Origin: a virus | Taxonomy: Duplodnaviria > Caudoviricetes | IMG/VR virus record: IMGVR_UViG_3300027586_000007 | Location: 17,497 to 81,496 of that record | Length of the DNA stretch: 64,000 nucleotides | Strand: one strand, 5' to 3' | Shown here: positions 61,851 through 64,000 of the stretch, piece by piece | Numbering within the stretch: the first letter of the stretch is position 1 | Layout of the letters: the number at the start of each line of letters is the position of its first letter | Program-made: the position numbers and the translations under genes | Notes under the pieces: model-generated | What the model was told of the DNA's origin: nothing | The model's input: only the letters and a program-made list of their open reading frames with translations | Databases searched by the model: none

Positions 61851-62402
61851 CTATACCTTAATACATTTTGATAGTAAAAACTCATACATTTTGTCTGAAT
61901 CTTTAAAATTAAGTGAAGATAGATCTACTTTATCATATTCCTGAGAAGTTTTGCTAGAAATTAAATGTTTCAGGTTTGGTCTATCTACTAATCTGCTCAC
62001 ATACTTAACATCTTCAACTTCTAAACCAAGTTTATTTGCAAGTGCTAATACAACTTTGTCTGGAGTATCGACTAAGTCTTTGTAGGATATTAGAACATGA
62101 GCTCTTTTTGACAGCCATAAATAAAATTTACAATAATCTTCTGGCAACCCCCGTCCCATATTTTCATCAAGGGCATAATGCCTATCCATAGCGTACATAG
62201 ATTTAAATGTTTCCCTGGGTTCACGTATAATAGAAACAATAAAATGGTCTGTCCCATCAAAAGCTTTATATTCTTCTCCAAAAGATTTATGATCCCTTGA
62301 CATTTCAAATCCAGTTTTTTGATGAAATATGTCCTGAAGGTAATGTGAACCAGATCTTGGAAATGTTACTATAATATGCTGTAGGTTTGGATTAAAGTTC
62401 AT
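61851..62402 (-). CDS. Sulfotransferase-like P-loop protein
   Basis: IVTFPRSGSHYL (5'-PSB-like), IIREPRETFKS (3'-PB-like), ISYKDLVDTP. Confidence 0.7.
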   Translation of the reverse strand: MNFNPNLQHIIVTFPRSGSHYLQDIFHQKTGFEMSRDHKSFGEEYKAFDGTDHFIVSIIREPRETFKSMYAMDRHYALDENMGRGLPEDYCKFYLWLSKRAHVLISYKDLVDTPDKVVLALANKLGLEVEDVKYVSRLVDRPNLKHLISSKTSQEYDKVDLSSLNFKDSDKMYEFLLSKCIKV

Positions 62403-62436
62403 ATTTCATTATAGCATAGTATGATATACTGGTGTA

Positions 62437-62976
62437 ATGAAACTAGAAAGTTCTAAAAACATACACTGGAGTGAAGGTCGGCTATCTAAAAAAGAATTTT
62501 CTTTAAATGGATTTAGTAAAAAAGGAATCGGCGGCATAAGAACACTAAAGCCTATTGAGTTTGGTGAATTCTTAAAATTAAGTTTCTTTGTGTTTCTTCG
62601 CCAAGGTATTTCAGATGGAGCTGCCATATTAGATTTAGATTTAGATCACGTTGGAAACTCTAAAGATTTTGTATCAGTATTATCAAGTGGGGATCGAATA
62701 TCAATTATACACACTAATGGTACAACTAAAACTGTCACTTCTGTTCCTAAAATAAAAAATGAATGGATAAACTTTGATATTTTTTTAAAGCGGGATAGCG
62801 TTGCAATCAATATCCAAGATCATACATCCACCTATTTTGAGTTTGATAAGCCTGTCGATGTTACATACATTTCATTTGGAAATAATCAAGAGGAAGATGG
62901 ATTTGATAAAGAAAATGCTGTTAGTTTTTTAATTAAAGACATTGTAGCTGAAACCGAATACTTTAAGTTAGTATGA
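62437..62976 (+). CDS. Hypothetical beta-rich (lectin/concanavalin-like?) protein
   Basis: Leaderless TGATATACT-N6-ATG; beta-strand pattern. Confidence 0.5.
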   Translation: MKLESSKNIHWSEGRLSKKEFSLNGFSKKGIGGIRTLKPIEFGEFLKLSFFVFLRQGISDGAAILDLDLDHVGNSKDFVSVLSSGDRISIIHTNGTTKTVTSVPKIKNEWINFDIFLKRDSVAINIQDHTSTYFEFDKPVDVTYISFGNNQEEDGFDKENAVSFLIKDIVAETEYFKLV

Positions 62977-63098
62977 GTAAGCACTGGGAAGATAAATCTC
63001 ATTGGATTACAAGCTGCCCCATATGTTACTGTGCGGTAGCCTATCAATTAAGAGACTATCATATTCAATATCATGAAAATGAAATAAAATCCATATGA
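62973..63098 (+). CDS. 41-aa C2H2-like microprotein
   Basis: CPIC...H...H; coupled on both sides. Confidence 0.55.
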   Translation: MSKHWEDKSHWITSCPICYCAVAYQLRDYHIQYHENEIKSI

Positions 63099-63253
63099 CC
63101 ATAACCATAAGCGCATATTGCATATTGTGTAAAAAGAATGTGGTAGGTAAACTTAATGAGATAGTGGTCTTAGAATCAGGCAAATGGCTTCATATAGGAG
63201 AATGCCCAGACTGTTTCTACCAGATCAAAAGGATAGCTAAACCAGTCAATTAA
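63095..63253 (+). CDS. 52-aa zinc-ribbon protein
   Basis: AYCILCKK...GECPDC. Confidence 0.6.
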   Translation: MTITISAYCILCKKNVVGKLNEIVVLESGKWLHIGECPDCFYQIKRIAKPVN

Positions 63254-63273
63254 ATAAATGCTATAATAAGATT

Positions 63274-63504
63274 ATGGACACTAACAACAATATTGAATTA
63301 ACAGACGAAGAGATCTCAAAGGGATACGAATCAGACAACGAAGAAGAAGACAACTGGGACAACATGCAGAAGGCTTGCTGGAGCGGCTACAAGCAGGTAG
63401 GAATGAAGAACAAGAACGGCAAGAAGGTTCCTAACTGCGTACCAATAAAGAAGTCTCTATTCGGCACAGAAGGCCCTCAAACACTAATACCTAGAAATAA
63501 GTAA
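63274..63504 (+). CDS. Hypothetical protein with ACWxGY...VPNCVP motif
   Basis: Leaderless TGCTATAAT-N6-ATG. Confidence 0.6.
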   Translation: MDTNNNIELTDEEISKGYESDNEEEDNWDNMQKACWSGYKQVGMKNKNGKKVPNCVPIKKSLFGTEGPQTLIPRNK

Positions 63505-63565
63505 TATAGATCGCAATTAGTGCGAAAGTCGGCGGTAGAGAGCAAACGTATTAGGAGATAATAAA

Positions 63566-64000
63566 ATTATTCAAATAGAAGGATACATTGTAAGAAATGG
63601 ACACGGAATCCTTGAGCCATTATCTATTAAAAGAGATTGGATGGAAGATAGACCACATTCATATCAATGTTATCCTATATCTTTAGTCAATTCTTTTGGC
63701 TGGGGAATATCTTTCCCAGAGGACATATCTTTTATTTATAACGGAAATTCTGAGGATCACCCAGATAACATTAAAATATTGTCTGGACATAAATATGTTT
63801 ATTTACATAGACTAGCTAATACTATAAGCTTTAATACTGGCATAATGTTTAAGACTCCAAAGAACATAAGTCTTTTGTCTTTCCCAGTACCAAATATGAC
63901 GCATGATGGGTATGAGCCAATATCAAATATACTTAGTACTTCATTTTTAAAGGGCGATCTTCAGCCTGCTTGGAGAATATTAAAATCAAATGAGGTTATT
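63566..64000 (+). CDS. Hypothetical protein, runs off the window; probable ATT start
   Basis: The frame is open from 63539 to the window end (IIQIEGYIVRNGHGILEPLSIKRDWME...CYPISLVNSFGWGISFPED...). AGGAG lies 8 nt before ATT 63566. Confidence 0.6.
   Translation, partial: MIQIEGYIVRNGHGILEPLSIKRDWMEDRPHSYQCYPISLVNSFGWGISFPEDISFIYNGNSEDHPDNIKILSGHKYVYLHRLANTISFNTGIMFKTPKNISLLSFPVPNMTHDGYEPISNILSTSFLKGDLQPAWRILKSNEVI

Noticed and set aside
1-64000. Stop-codon reassignment (alternative genetic code)
   Set aside because: Long conserved genes are intact under the standard code, TAA/TAG/TGA all terminate genes, and no suppressor tRNA was found.
1-64000. Prophage/integration or IS elements
   Set aside because: No integrase, transposase, att-like duplication of tRNA 3' ends or host housekeeping block is visible in this window.

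Overview
AT-rich segment of a large tailed (siphovirus-type) phage genome, almost all on the + strand. The WhiB-family gene and pervasive leaderless promoter architecture point to an actinobacterial host. The low GC suggests freshwater acI/Nanopelagicales-like hosts (inference). The window has three blocks. (1) 1-21.3 kb: neck and tail morphogenesis, including a tail chaperone with a -1 frameshift, a 2928-aa tape measure protein, minor tail proteins and a fibre with an S74 chaperone domain. (2) 21.4-38.3 kb: replication, recombination and packaging (metallophosphoesterase, DnaB, primase, SSB, DnaE, RecA, Cas4-like nuclease, RuvC, terminase). (3) 38.3-64 kb: an accessory region with 4 tRNAs, a CHAP lysin, an IMPDH/GMPR-like enzyme, Hsp20, an APS-kinase/nucleotidyltransferase fusion, four of the window's five 2OG-Fe(II) oxygenases, secreted/surface proteins, proteases, an LLM monooxygenase, KatG, glutathione peroxidase, thioredoxin and many microproteins. 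Best leads: a HipA/PI3K-like kinase cassette inserted in the tape measure protein; a 26-nt pseudoknot motif present twice with four compensatory base-pair changes; a CIRCE-like operator before hsp20; two apparent ATT start codons; and a phage KatG/antioxidant and sulfur-handling gene set. No CRISPR array, integrase or IS element was seen. All family assignments come from motif reading by eye; no database search was run.
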